A stretch of DNA of 64,000 bases from an uncultured cyanobacterium (GCA_963793265.1 CAWBZI010000002.1:672001-736000); one strand, 5' to 3'. Counted from the first letter of the stretch, positions 19,571 through 29,415 are shown. Numbers and translations are program-made. Notes: generated by a model not told the origin, from the sequence alone.

Positions 19571-21349
19571 TTAAGTAGGCTCAGTAATCGTCTTCAGTCC
19601 CAAATAAGCAATCAACAGGCTCAAAGCTGCGTTCACCGCCAAAAATAGCTGCGACCAAAGCCCCGAACTCATCCAGGCAACATGCGGATAAAAGAAGACG
19701 CTGACACCTAAAGTAGCCGTTACGCCAATAGCTGCGCCGATGGTGACCCAGCCCAAGCGAGGGTGACTGAGCAAAAAGGCCAGCATCAAAAAGGGAATGA
19801 GCGCGCTAGCCGTCACCGGATTAAGCTTGGCAGAATGGGTAAGCACACTGCCAATTTCAGGCAAAGAGCTGCCGAGCAATCTCAGCGGCCAGTGAGGCAA
19901 ATCGAACAGGTGTAAAGGCGGTAGCAAGAATAAACCGACGCTGCCAAGTACCGCGCCCAGCCAATAGTCACCATTCCAACGATAGTGATCTGCGACCTTG
20001 CTCATCAACCAGGTCAGCGCCATCACTGCGCTCCAAAGAATAGCAATCTTTTTCCAAGGAATTGTTTGCCAGTTGTACCAAATGCGGCTGTTCAACGGGT
20101 TGACCACACCTAAGCCAAACGCAAACGGCCACTTCCCTTTACGGGCCAGCTTCACCGCCGCCGCTGCATCTAATCGGCCAGCACCAAAAAAGTTGCGGTC
20201 ATCGCCAGGCACCTTTACCGAGGATTTCTGCAAGGTCGCCCAAATCTGATCGGGCTTCTTCACACCCGCTGCTTTTACAGCCGCCGCCACGCCAGCCACA
20301 TGAGGCGCTGCCATGCTAGTACCCTGAAAATACTTAAAGGCCGACTGCTTCGTTTGGCGGTCGATAGTCTCTTGCAAAATACCACCTGCTTCACCTTCGC
20401 GCGTATTGCCACCAGGCGCAGAAATATCAACGCCCGCACCGTAGTTAGAATAAGGCGCTTTTGCATCTTTAGAATCAGTTGCAGCCACGCCCATCACGTG
20501 ACTATATCTAGCCGGGTAAGAGGCCGCATTCTGGCCCGCATTACCTGCCGCCGCAATTATCGTGACGCCTTTGCCATAGGCATAATCAACCGCATCTTGC
20601 ATGAGCTGAGACTTACCGCCGCCGCCCAGGCTCATATTGATCACGTCAGCACCGTTATCCGCTGCAAACCGAATCGCCTCGGCAATATCAGCCGTCGTAC
20701 CGCCGCCCTGCGCGCTGAGCACCTTCAGCGGCATAATCTTAGCTTCGTAAGCCACGCCTGCTACGCCATAACGATTATTTGTAGACTGAGCAATGGTACC
20801 TGCAACGTGAGTGCCGTGACCATTGTCATCATCAGCCTTTTCGCGGTCGTTTACAAAGTCGTAGCCGGGCACGAACTCCGTATTGCTTAAATCCTTAACC
20901 TGCGTCACGCCCGTGTCAATCACGGCGACAGTAACGCCTTTACCTCGGCTCACTTTCCAGGCTTCTTCAGCGTTGATGCTCTTTAGATTCCACTGCTTGG
21001 CATAGTCAGGATCGTTAGGGCCGCCGAAAAAGGTGCTGTAGATGTAGTTAGGCTCTACGAATTCTAAAAACTCAGATAGCTCGGATTGGCGGAAGCGCTC
21101 AATGGTGGCGCGATCACCCTTCGCCACATAAACATGATCTTCGGTTGAAAACTTACTGTTCGGCGTCAGCTCTAACCCAAACTTTTTCGCCGCCACCTCT
21201 ACCTGCGCAACTGCCGCAGGATTGTCTCTAAAGTCAAGAACAATTGAATCAAAATTTCCTGTTCTTGCGAGGCTACCGCTAAACTTGAAAATGCCCACTA
21301 TCCCGGCAATTAAAAGTCCTATAAAGAACAGGGGTACAAGACGCCGCAT
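19571..21349 (-). CDS. S8 (subtilisin) family serine peptidase with C-terminal membrane domain
   Basis: Catalytic triad motifs VAVIDTG, HGTHVAGTI, GTSMAAPHVAG; start MRRL preferred. Confidence 0.95.
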   Translation of the reverse strand: MRRLVPLFFIGLLIAGIVGIFKFSGSLARTGNFDSIVLDFRDNPAAVAQVEVAAKKFGLELTPNSKFSTEDHVYVAKGDRATIERFRQSELSEFLEFVEPNYIYSTFFGGPNDPDYAKQWNLKSINAEEAWKVSRGKGVTVAVIDTGVTQVKDLSNTEFVPGYDFVNDREKADDDNGHGTHVAGTIAQSTNNRYGVAGVAYEAKIMPLKVLSAQGGGTTADIAEAIRFAADNGADVINMSLGGGGKSQLMQDAVDYAYGKGVTIIAAAGNAGQNAASYPARYSHVMGVAATDSKDAKAPYSNYGAGVDISAPGGNTREGEAGGILQETIDRQTKQSAFKYFQGTSMAAPHVAGVAAAVKAAGVKKPDQIWATLQKSSVKVPGDDRNFFGAGRLDAAAAVKLARKGKWPFAFGLGVVNPLNSRIWYNWQTIPWKKIAILWSAVMALTWLMSKVADHYRWNGDYWLGAVLGSVGLFLLPPLHLFDLPHWPLRLLGSSLPEIGSVLTHSAKLNPVTASALIPFLMLAFLLSHPRLGWVTIGAAIGVTATLGVSVFFYPHVAWMSSGLWSQLFLAVNAALSLLIAYLGLKTITEPT

Positions 21350-21478
21350 AAAGTCTCCGAAAGAGTAAAGTTTAGAAAAAGCTGAAGCTAAAAAAATCTG
21401 AAGGACACTAGCCACTCTTATAGAGTAGTTACTGCAAGCCTTCAATCACAGATGTTGGATTTACGGACGGACAGTAAG

Positions 21479-21934
21479 ATGAAACAACAAAACTTATTAC
21501 GACAAGCTCGAATAACAGTTCAGTTAACCAGCGTCGCTTTTTTACTCGTCGGCAGCATTATGTTAGGAAGCTGCACACCCTCTACTACTGATACGACTGA
21601 CACACCCATTTCATCATCCGAACCTGCGACTCAGCCAGAGGTTCCGGTTCCACCGACAGCCGCCCCCATTGGAGAAGCTGAACTACCCGCTGAGGTAGAG
21701 GCAAGTGTTCTTCAAGACATCGCAACTACAGACAATGTTCCAGCCGAAGAACTACAAATTACGAATGCTCGCCCTGAAGCCTGGCCCGATGGCTGCTTAG
21801 GATTAGGTGGTTCCGATGAGATTTGCACCTTTGCAATCGTAGACGGGTGGGAAGTTGCCGTTGAGCGTGGGGAAGAGCAGTGGGTGTATCGGACGAACAG
21901 TGATGGGAGTGTGGTAAGAAGAGCGATCGCCTAA
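21479..21934 (+). CDS. putative lipoprotein
   Basis: Lipobox-like LGSC; WPDGCLGL..EICTFAIVDGWEV..YRTN domain common in cyanobacteria. Confidence 0.75.
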   Translation: MKQQNLLRQARITVQLTSVAFLLVGSIMLGSCTPSTTDTTDTPISSSEPATQPEVPVPPTAAPIGEAELPAEVEASVLQDIATTDNVPAEELQITNARPEAWPDGCLGLGGSDEICTFAIVDGWEVAVERGEEQWVYRTNSDGSVVRRAIA

Positions 21935-21950
21935 CAAGCAAAGTCAAACC

Positions 21951-23105
21951 TCACAAATTGGCCTTCAGTAAGTCACAAACATGCTGTGCCGTTGCAGGCG
22001 CTAGCAGCACTCCATTGCGATAGTGGCCCGTTGCCAGCAACACATTATTCGTGTCACCTAGCGGCTTAATTACAGGAGCCGGTTGGCCGACTGGGCGAGG
22101 GCGAATGCCGCTCCAGGTTTTAAGAACTTTGGCTTGAGCTAAAGCGCTCACAAAGCTTTCAGCACCTTGCCGCAAGTTCGCAAGACCTTCGGCTTCGGCT
22201 TCTAGTTTGTCCATATCAGCCCAGTCATCAGGCGGAAACTCCACCGTTGCGCCTATCCAATAGCGCCCTTTGCCTAGCGGGACAAACTGAATGTCGTGAC
22301 CATTAACCACTGGCTGAAAGTTTTCTTTCCCTAACACTTCGGGCAAAGCAACTTCCATGGCCTGACCAAGCACTGGCATTAGTTCTAAGGGTTCGTTTAC
22401 AAACCGCGTCAGCACCGCCGAGCCCAATCCTGCTGATAGCACAACCCAATCAGCCTCAAAATCACCCCGACTTGTTTGCAAAGCTGAACATCGCTGCTCA
22501 GACACTTCTATTTGAATAACATCAGCGTCATCGTAAAACTTGACGCCATTTTCTCTCGCCGCAGCGATCAAAGCACGAGTGAGTTCTACCGGGTGCACCT
22601 GTGCGTCAGCGGGCGAATAAATCGCTGCTTTCACAGTAGAATTATCTTCTGATTTAGTATCGCCCAAGACTTCTAGTTCAGTGTCGCCCAAGCTGATGTG
22701 CGGACAGCGGTCTTTCAGTTCATTCAGCGTCCAAATCTCTAACGGCCAGCCCTGCGCTTTTCGCTTTTCTCGCAACGTTTCCCACCGAGGCAGCTTACTC
22801 TCGTCGTAGCACAGGCTGACAATGCCCTGCGAGTTAAAAGGCACTGAGTAGCCTTGCTCTGATAGCTCTGCGATTAACGACCCGTAGCGTCGAATGCTCG
22901 CCTCTCGCAGCCGCCAGGTTCTTCCTTTCACTTTTCCACTAATCGCGCCCATCAGCACACCTAATGCTGCGCCCGTCGATCCTTGAGCAGGCGGCTGGCG
23001 GTCGAGAACAACAATCTCTGCGGAGAGCTGTCGGCTCAGCTCGTAAGCGGTTAGCGCACCCACAATACCGCAGCCAACAACAACAATTTTGGGCTTTGTA
23101 TTCAT
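21951..23105 (-). CDS. FAD-dependent oxidoreductase (DAO/glycine oxidase-like)
   Basis: VVVGCGIVG, WSGIRPRP, ATGHYRNGVLLAPATA. Confidence 0.9.
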   Translation of the reverse strand: MNTKPKIVVVGCGIVGALTAYELSRQLSAEIVVLDRQPPAQGSTGAALGVLMGAISGKVKGRTWRLREASIRRYGSLIAELSEQGYSVPFNSQGIVSLCYDESKLPRWETLREKRKAQGWPLEIWTLNELKDRCPHISLGDTELEVLGDTKSEDNSTVKAAIYSPADAQVHPVELTRALIAAARENGVKFYDDADVIQIEVSEQRCSALQTSRGDFEADWVVLSAGLGSAVLTRFVNEPLELMPVLGQAMEVALPEVLGKENFQPVVNGHDIQFVPLGKGRYWIGATVEFPPDDWADMDKLEAEAEGLANLRQGAESFVSALAQAKVLKTWSGIRPRPVGQPAPVIKPLGDTNNVLLATGHYRNGVLLAPATAQHVCDLLKANL

Positions 23106-23142
23106 AAAAAAAACAGCAGAGAACGGAACACCATTCTCTGCT
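23106..23142 (-). terminator. intrinsic terminator after psbQ
   Basis: Minus strand AGCAGAGAATGG-tgtt-CCGTTCTCTGCT followed by G and T8. Confidence 0.7.
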
Positions 23143-23169
23143 TTATAAAAGATCTAACAGTCTAAAAAC

Positions 23170-23793
23170 CTAGCCGTTCTCACCTTTATCTATCGCATCG
23201 GGTGCTTCACTAGGGGCAGCGGGCTCCTCATCGATCATCACAGGGGCGCGAACCATGTCTTCAGGCTCAGCGCGAATGGCTTCAGGATCAGGAATGCTAG
23301 TGGTCATATCGTATACGCTGGGCTCCTCAAACTCTTCTGCCTTTTTGCGAGCGTCTTCAGGTACAACGCTTAAAAAGGTGTCAAAGTCATCAACAAACTC
23401 GCGATACTGGAAAATAGCGTCATTGTAATTACGCTCTTGAGAAGCTTCATCCAAATTTTGCAGGTGCGCCAGCATTTCTTCAGTCATGGCCTTGGCCTTG
23501 GGCTGATCGTCAGGCAATAGCTGATTGGTCAGGCGCGTTAGCTCTGAGCGAATTTGGCCGAGTGGGCCGTGTGTAAAGTTGTCTACATTGACCCAGTTAT
23601 CTTTTTCAATGTAGTTGGCTAGCTCGGGCAGTCTTTCGCGAGCAATTTCAACGCGGTTGACGTAGTTTTGAAGCTGAGAAATTTTCTCAGGGGTGTAGGT
23701 CGGGGCGACAGCTTCGGGGGCGCTGCCGCAGCTCACTAAGAAAGTGGCGATCGCAGCTATCAAAACCCCGACTACTGCTCTGTATCGTCTCAT
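23170..23793 (-). CDS. psbQ: photosystem II extrinsic lipoprotein PsbQ (CyanoQ)
   Basis: Lipobox LVSC, PTYTPEKI, NWVNVDNFTHGPLG, LLPDDQPKA; adjacent to a DAO-like oxidoreductase. Confidence 0.9.
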   Translation of the reverse strand: MRRYRAVVGVLIAAIATFLVSCGSAPEAVAPTYTPEKISQLQNYVNRVEIARERLPELANYIEKDNWVNVDNFTHGPLGQIRSELTRLTNQLLPDDQPKAKAMTEEMLAHLQNLDEASQERNYNDAIFQYREFVDDFDTFLSVVPEDARKKAEEFEEPSVYDMTTSIPDPEAIRAEPEDMVRAPVMIDEEPAAPSEAPDAIDKGENG

Positions 23794-23887
23794 GGAAGAA
23801 CCTCACGTTTCGTTATAAAGATTGCGGGATCTAGTGTAAATCACGCTGCCGCCAGATCAAACGTCCCAAAGGCCATAGACAATTGCG

Positions 23888-25018
23888 CTAGGTTCGCCAT
23901 AGGGCATCAGCCATCCGACAGACGTCGCGCATTTGAGGGCCGTCGTGAACGCGAAGAATATCAGCACCGTGGGCGATCGCACAGTCCAAAGTCGCCGCCG
24001 TGCCCCACACCCGATCCTTCGCCTCTGGCTGATTCAGTAGCCTGCCAATAAAGCTTTTACGCGAAGTGCCCACCAAAATCGGACATCCCAGCGCCTTCAG
24101 CTTTTCTAGCTCACGCAAAATCGTAATATTCTGCGCCCCTGTTTTCGCAAAGCCAATCCCTGGATCAATTGCAATCTTTTTAGGATCAACGCCCGCTTCA
24201 ACCGCCTTATCCGCCTGCGCTGCTAAAAAATTAACCAGCTCTCCCATCAAATCGTCATAGTCCGTCATTTGCTGCATCGTCTCAGGCGTACCGCGCAGGT
24301 GCATGAGCATCACAAACGCATCGAACTCAGCCGATACCTTGAGAATATCGGGCTCGTAGGTGCCGCCTGAAATGTCGTTGATGATGTCTGCGCCTGCTTC
24401 AAGCGCAGCGCGGGCAACTTCTGCGCGGGTGGTATCTACTGAAATCGGAATGTCTCGTAGCCAGTCATGCGATGAGCTGCGGATGGCTTTGATGATGGGG
24501 ATGACGCGATCGCACTCCTCGCTTAAAGTCGTCGGCTTCGAGCCTGGCCTAGCAGACTGGCCCCCAATATCCAAAATATCCATCTTGGCTTCTACTAACG
24601 CCTTCGCCTGAGCCAGCGCTGTTTCTACCGTATTGAACTCGCCGCCGTCACTGAAACTATCGGGCGTTACGTTCAATACGCCCATCAAATAAGAGCGATC
24701 GCCCCACGCAAACCGATGATCGCGAATCTGCCAGGGCGCTACTGCCGAACCCGCCTTTGCGATAGCCGCTTCCTTTTGGCCTTCTTCAATGAACAGTCGT
24801 GCCAGGCGATCGTAAGTGCCAGGGCCTAAGTATTCAGGGTGCGATCGCCCCCGACCGAACACCCATACCGGCACCCACCCCCGCTCAGACCTTTCTAAAA
24901 TACGAATATCTTTGAACCAGCTCTTCAGCGACGACTTCATAGAATTCGCCTTTTCCAGCGCATCCGTCCACCGTTCATATCCCTGCTCAAAGCCAGGTGT
25001 CACAACCTTAAAAGTCAT
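23888..25018 (-). CDS. folP: dihydropteroate synthase with extra N-terminal domain
   Basis: MGVLNVTPDSFSDGG, DIGGQSARPG, SVDT, DPGIGFAK, GTSRKSF, LRVHD; ~90-aa in-frame N-terminal extension. Confidence 0.93.
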   Translation of the reverse strand: MTFKVVTPGFEQGYERWTDALEKANSMKSSLKSWFKDIRILERSERGWVPVWVFGRGRSHPEYLGPGTYDRLARLFIEEGQKEAAIAKAGSAVAPWQIRDHRFAWGDRSYLMGVLNVTPDSFSDGGEFNTVETALAQAKALVEAKMDILDIGGQSARPGSKPTTLSEECDRVIPIIKAIRSSSHDWLRDIPISVDTTRAEVARAALEAGADIINDISGGTYEPDILKVSAEFDAFVMLMHLRGTPETMQQMTDYDDLMGELVNFLAAQADKAVEAGVDPKKIAIDPGIGFAKTGAQNITILRELEKLKALGCPILVGTSRKSFIGRLLNQPEAKDRVWGTAATLDCAIAHGADILRVHDGPQMRDVCRMADALWRT

Positions 25019-25088
25019 GGATTTCTGTCCATATCCCACATACACAAGACCTTACTTATACACCGCTCAAGACCGTTAAAAGTGCAAA

Positions 25089-25448
25089 CTATTCGCGCTC
25101 ATACAGCACCTTTCCTTCCCGTAAAAGCTGCGCGATAAATGGTCGATGCTTACACCGCGACAGCTCTTCAGGTGTGTAGACAATGGCATCTACCGAACGA
25201 GGGGAATCTATTAGTAAGTTTAAGACCTCGCCAATCCTATCTATCGGGCGAATATCGCACTGCCAGAGCATGAACAGGTCTATATCCGACCGGCGGGTTG
25301 CCTCTCCGCGAGCCCAAGAACCGAACAGGATGATTTTCTCTGGCTCAAACTTTGCTCGCAGCCATTCAGTCGCTTCATTCAGCCACGGCTGAATAGTTTC
25401 TATATCTTGAGTTTTGACTGGTCTAAAAACCCTATCAACTTTTGTCAT
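25089..25448 (-). CDS. minimal nucleotidyltransferase (MNT) family protein
   Basis: IILFGSWARGEATRRSDIDL (GSx10DxD) motif; ends GKVLYE. Confidence 0.88.
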   Translation of the reverse strand: MTKVDRVFRPVKTQDIETIQPWLNEATEWLRAKFEPEKIILFGSWARGEATRRSDIDLFMLWQCDIRPIDRIGEVLNLLIDSPRSVDAIVYTPEELSRCKHRPFIAQLLREGKVLYERE

Positions 25449-25603
25449 CGCACTTCGTTCCGACTGCCTTGAAGAATCTCACAGCATAATGCTCAAGCAA
25501 AGTTCCATTACATAAACAAGAACCATAAACCATAAGATTTCACTCATAATAAGAGAGCAAGGTCAATAAAATCTGTTTCTCTATTCGTACAGGCCGCATC
25601 CTT

Positions 25604-26449
25604 ATGCTCGAACTTCACAGCCATACCACCTGCTCTGATGGCAGACTGACACCTGCTGAGCTAGTCGAGTTTGCGGCTACACAAGGCGTCAAGGCTTTGG
25701 CCATTACCGATCATGACACGATGGCGGGCTGGGAGGAGGCGATCGCAACCGCCACTCCCTTAAATCTAGAAATCATCCCTGGCTTAGAGCTAAGCACCGT
25801 CTATAACGGACGCTCTATGCACATTTTGGGCTTCTACCCTGACCAAGAAAAACTACGCGAGCCCCTTCAAGAGCGGGTAGAAGGCCGCAAACGTCGTGCC
25901 CGTAAAATGGGTGAAAAGCTCGCGGCACTTGGCTACCCTATTGAGCTGCCCGACATGCCCGGCGCAATGGCCCCCGGTCGTCCTCATATCGCTAGCGCCC
26001 TTAAAAAAGCAGGCCACGTCAACTCCCACAACGAAGCCTTCGATCGCTTCTTAAAAGACGATGGCCCTGCCTACGTTCCCTACGAAAAGTTCACCGCGCA
26101 GCAGGGTATTGAACTTTTGCTAAGCTGCGGTGCGGTGCCAGTATGGGCACATCCTTTCATCTTTCGCGGTGGTACCGTCGAAACCGTTTTACCCGAGCTG
26201 GTCGAAGCCGGGCTGATGGGTATAGAGGTATATCATCCCACTCATAGCGCTAGCCAAACCCGAAAACTAGAAGAATATTGCGCAGAGTATGGTCTACTCA
26301 TGACTGGCGGCAGTGACTATCACGGCCCTAAAAGAGAGAAAAATCGCGATTTTTGCGATCTTAATGATCTAAACGTTTCGCTTAACCTTTTGCCACCTAT
26401 AAAAGCAGCCGCAGCCGCACTAAAAACGACGCCAAAACGCGGCCTATAG
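25604..26449 (+). CDS. PHP domain phosphoesterase (TrpH/YciV-like)
   Basis: ELHSHTTCSDG, AITDHDT, HILG, GRPH, AHP, GGSDYHG. Confidence 0.93.
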   Translation: MLELHSHTTCSDGRLTPAELVEFAATQGVKALAITDHDTMAGWEEAIATATPLNLEIIPGLELSTVYNGRSMHILGFYPDQEKLREPLQERVEGRKRRARKMGEKLAALGYPIELPDMPGAMAPGRPHIASALKKAGHVNSHNEAFDRFLKDDGPAYVPYEKFTAQQGIELLLSCGAVPVWAHPFIFRGGTVETVLPELVEAGLMGIEVYHPTHSASQTRKLEEYCAEYGLLMTGGSDYHGPKREKNRDFCDLNDLNVSLNLLPPIKAAAAALKTTPKRGL

Positions 26450-26690
26450 ACGGTAAGATAGTTTTGTACACGAGTACGTACACCAAAACAAGTCTTCATA
26501 CAGGCACTTTTTTAGGCTAAAACATCGCTAATTTAACGTAGTCGAATTCCTTTTAGGATGTTCTCGGCTACGTAGCTCAACTTAGGGGTCAGCTCAAAAC
26601 GCTTGGGAACGTTAAAAATATTCATATAGACGCTTGACCTAGCTCGAAGGGTTACTCAGACCCCCAAAGGCTGCTCAAACTTTTCAACCT

Positions 26691-27323
26691 GTGACTACTT
26701 TCTCTCCTTCTATTTTTTCGCCTGCTAAGCGATTATCTCAGAAAATTATTCCTCAAAGGTTTGTAGCGCCTCAGGCCGGGCGCGGCATGTTAATCGTCAT
26801 CGATGCCAACGTCGAGCATGGCGACGCGCTGGCAGCCGGAGCTATTCGAGGATCTAGGCTACTCATGCTCGATAGTGAGCGAGACGCAATCGGCCAAATC
26901 ACTCAAGAGGTTCATCGTTTTCCAGGCAAGTTTAAGAGCCTGCATATCGTCACTCACGGCTCCCCAGGCTGCCTTCACTTCAGCAGCGGCGACCTTGACC
27001 TAAGCAATCTCCATACCTACGCCGCCGAAATTGAATCCTGGTTTAGCTACCAACCAATCCGCAGAGGCTCTGATATCAGAGTCCAGTCTGTCGAAAGTTC
27101 GCTCTCGCTCTATGCCTGTAGTTTGGCAATGGGGGATGTTGGTGAAGAGTTTATAGAGAAGCTACAGTTCCTTAGCGGCGTCAGCGTTCATGCCTCGCAG
27201 GGCAAAGTCGGTAGCACCGCGCTTGATGGTAGCTGGCAGCTAGAGGTAGCGCATCCTTTTCCACGCCAGGTCAGCTTTCCATTCACCGAAGATCTGCTAG
27301 ACACTTACGAGGCAGTTGCGTAG
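26691..27323 (+). CDS. DUF4347 domain protein
   Basis: VIDANV..LHIVTHGSPGCL..LYACSLA..VGSTALDGSWQLE. Confidence 0.85.
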   Translation: MTTFSPSIFSPAKRLSQKIIPQRFVAPQAGRGMLIVIDANVEHGDALAAGAIRGSRLLMLDSERDAIGQITQEVHRFPGKFKSLHIVTHGSPGCLHFSSGDLDLSNLHTYAAEIESWFSYQPIRRGSDIRVQSVESSLSLYACSLAMGDVGEEFIEKLQFLSGVSVHASQGKVGSTALDGSWQLEVAHPFPRQVSFPFTEDLLDTYEAVA

Positions 27324-27368
27324 AAGATGTAAGCAGTTTAGAAAGACTCTAAAAACAAATAAGAACGC

Positions 27369-27406
27369 AAGAAGCGGACGGTAGACATGTCTACCGTCCG
27401 CTTCTT
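27369..27406. terminator. perfect 38-bp palindrome; probable bidirectional terminator
   Basis: AAGAAGCGGACGGTAGACA|TGTCTACCGTCCGCTTCTT between the convergent DUF4347 and sigma factor genes. Confidence 0.8.
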
Positions 27407-27442
27407 TATAACTCAATTAATCGAAGCTCGAAACAACCTGCT

Positions 27443-28651
27443 CTAGCTGGCTGCCAGGTAACCGTTGACAGAAGCCTTGCGGCGACGCAGGTGCTTAAGC
27501 GCTTGCTGCTCTAACTGGCGAACACGCTCACGGCTAATGCCCATGCGCTGACCGACCTTAGCCAGCGAGAGTGGCGTACCGTCACCCAGACCAAATCGCA
27601 GGTTGATGACTTCTTGCTGCTGAGGCGTTAGCTCTGAGAGCATTCTGAAGATATCCTGACGCAAAGACTGCTGAACTGTGTAGTCTTCAGGAGAAGCACC
27701 GTCATCTTCTAGTAAGTCTTGCAGTTCGGTGTCTTGGTTGTCGCCAATGCGTACGTCTAGAGAAATCGGCTGGCGAGAAATCGAAAGATACTCACGCACC
27801 TGCTTGGGCTCTAGCTCTAGCTCAGCGCCAATTTCAGTGGCGTTGGGGCTGCGACCCAGCTTTTGAGAAAGCTCACGCTGAACGCGCTTGATTTTGTTGA
27901 GCTTTTCGGTGATGTGAATCGGGAGACGAATGGTGCGCGCCTGCTGAGCGATCGCCCGAGTAATCGCCTGACGAATCCACCAGTAAGCATAGGTCGAGAA
28001 CTTATAGCCCTTCATCGGGTCAAACTTCTCTACGCCGCGCTCAAGCCCTAGCGTACCTTCTTGAATGAGGTCTAAAAACTCCAGGTTGCGCTTTTGATAT
28101 TTCTTGGCAACCGCGACCACCAGGCGCAAATTAGCCTCAATCATCTTACGCTTAGACCGCTGCCCGCGACGCAAGTGGTTGTCTAGTTCAGCCTCAGTCA
28201 TGTTTGCTGCTACGGCCCACTCGGCGCGAGAAATTTCAGGCTTCTCAGCACCCTCATCTGAACCGTCTTCTGAGCCATCAGGCAAATCAGCCTCAAGCGA
28301 CGCTTTGATTTCGAGCAGCGCCATGAGCTTCTGAACCTGCTTACCTAGCACGATTTCATCTTCGTGACTAAGTAGAGGAACGCGGCCAATCTCATGCAGA
28401 TAAGCCCGCACGGCGTCTGTCGTATAAACAGGTCTAGCCTTGCGCTTAGTCGTTTTCTTCTTTTTAGTCGCGGCCTTAGTTGCCGTCTTGTCTGCTGTTT
28501 TGGTTGCTGTCTTTGCCACTGTTTTTGCTGCTGTTTTTTTAGTGCTTACTGCTTTAGCTTTTGCCGCCTTCTTATCGCTAGTTTTTGCTGCCTCAGCACC
28601 CTTCGCGACTTCGCGGGCTTCTGTAGTGCCGGACTGTGATGTAGTTGCCAT
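27443..28651 (-). CDS. RNA polymerase sigma factor, RpoD/SigA family, group 2 (SigB-like)
   Basis: Region 1.2 YLHEIGRVPLL, region 2 ANLRLVV..DLIQEG..YKFSTYAYWWIRQAITR, region 4 SRERVRQLE. Confidence 0.95.
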   Translation of the reverse strand: MATTSQSGTTEAREVAKGAEAAKTSDKKAAKAKAVSTKKTAAKTVAKTATKTADKTATKAATKKKKTTKRKARPVYTTDAVRAYLHEIGRVPLLSHEDEIVLGKQVQKLMALLEIKASLEADLPDGSEDGSDEGAEKPEISRAEWAVAANMTEAELDNHLRRGQRSKRKMIEANLRLVVAVAKKYQKRNLEFLDLIQEGTLGLERGVEKFDPMKGYKFSTYAYWWIRQAITRAIAQQARTIRLPIHITEKLNKIKRVQRELSQKLGRSPNATEIGAELELEPKQVREYLSISRQPISLDVRIGDNQDTELQDLLEDDGASPEDYTVQQSLRQDIFRMLSELTPQQQEVINLRFGLGDGTPLSLAKVGQRMGISRERVRQLEQQALKHLRRRKASVNGYLAAS

Positions 28652-29325
28652 GGGTGTTTGGGCCTCCGCCGAAAAATTCTTTTTGAAATCGAATGACGCT
28701 AATATCTTCTCAACTCGGAATCATTATGAGTTCATATTAGCATGATGCGATACCTCTAGCTGCTGTAATTGGGTATAAGCCGATGGACTTAACTGAAATG
28801 TGAAAGTCGGATAAACTGAAAGGGAGATAGAATAGGCGTGATAGGAAGCGTTGGTTCAATCTCTGGTTTATCTAAGCACGACAGCTACAAAGATCCTTGA
28901 GAGGTCGTTGAGCAGTAGATTAGAACCTGCTTAGAGGCTCGCCTTTCAGTATGATTAACAACTTTTATATTGTGTCAAATAGCGCACGTGCTATCAGTGG
29001 TGGTTGCCCATCGTGATGACCGTACCTAGCCGCACAGTCGTTGACTCACTCAGGCTCATACCCCTTCCCAACAGCATCATAGAGATGCTTCGGGTAAGAC
29101 ACATCTGTCAGCAGGCTTACTTCTATCACTACCCTAAGCGCTAGCCGACGCCAGAAGTAACAACAGATTCGCAGCTTGGGTATCTACTAAACGCGAAACT
29201 TACCTAAAGTGACGTTGAGAGACTGTCTTTTATCCACTGTTTGCCAGTGGCGTTAAACGCTTGAGCCTTAGTCTCTTAACAGTCAGATGCATGTAACAGT
29301 CAAATTCACGATTAGCAAAGGCGTC

Positions 29326-29341
29326 TGTAAGATTAGCTACA
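29326..29341. promoter_or_regulatory. putative NtcA-binding site
   Basis: TGTA-AGATTAGC-TACA matches GTA-N8-TAC with flanking T/A; lies in the 1.1-kb region upstream of the sigma factor. Confidence 0.45.
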
Positions 29342-29387
29342 GTAATGCTATCTAGCGATAGACGCTACTGGGTGTAGGCCGCTATGT

Positions 29388-29415
29388 AAATAGGCACAGT
29401 CAAATAGGCACAGTC
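29388..29415. repeat. 14-nt direct tandem duplication
   Basis: AAATAGGCACAGTC x2. Confidence 0.85.

Noticed and set aside
26530..26670. Hairpins upstream of the DUF4347 gene (ACGTAGTCGA/TCGGCTACGT; GGGGTC/GACCCC)
   Set aside because: Only two modest stems and no recognisable riboswitch motif; could be chance
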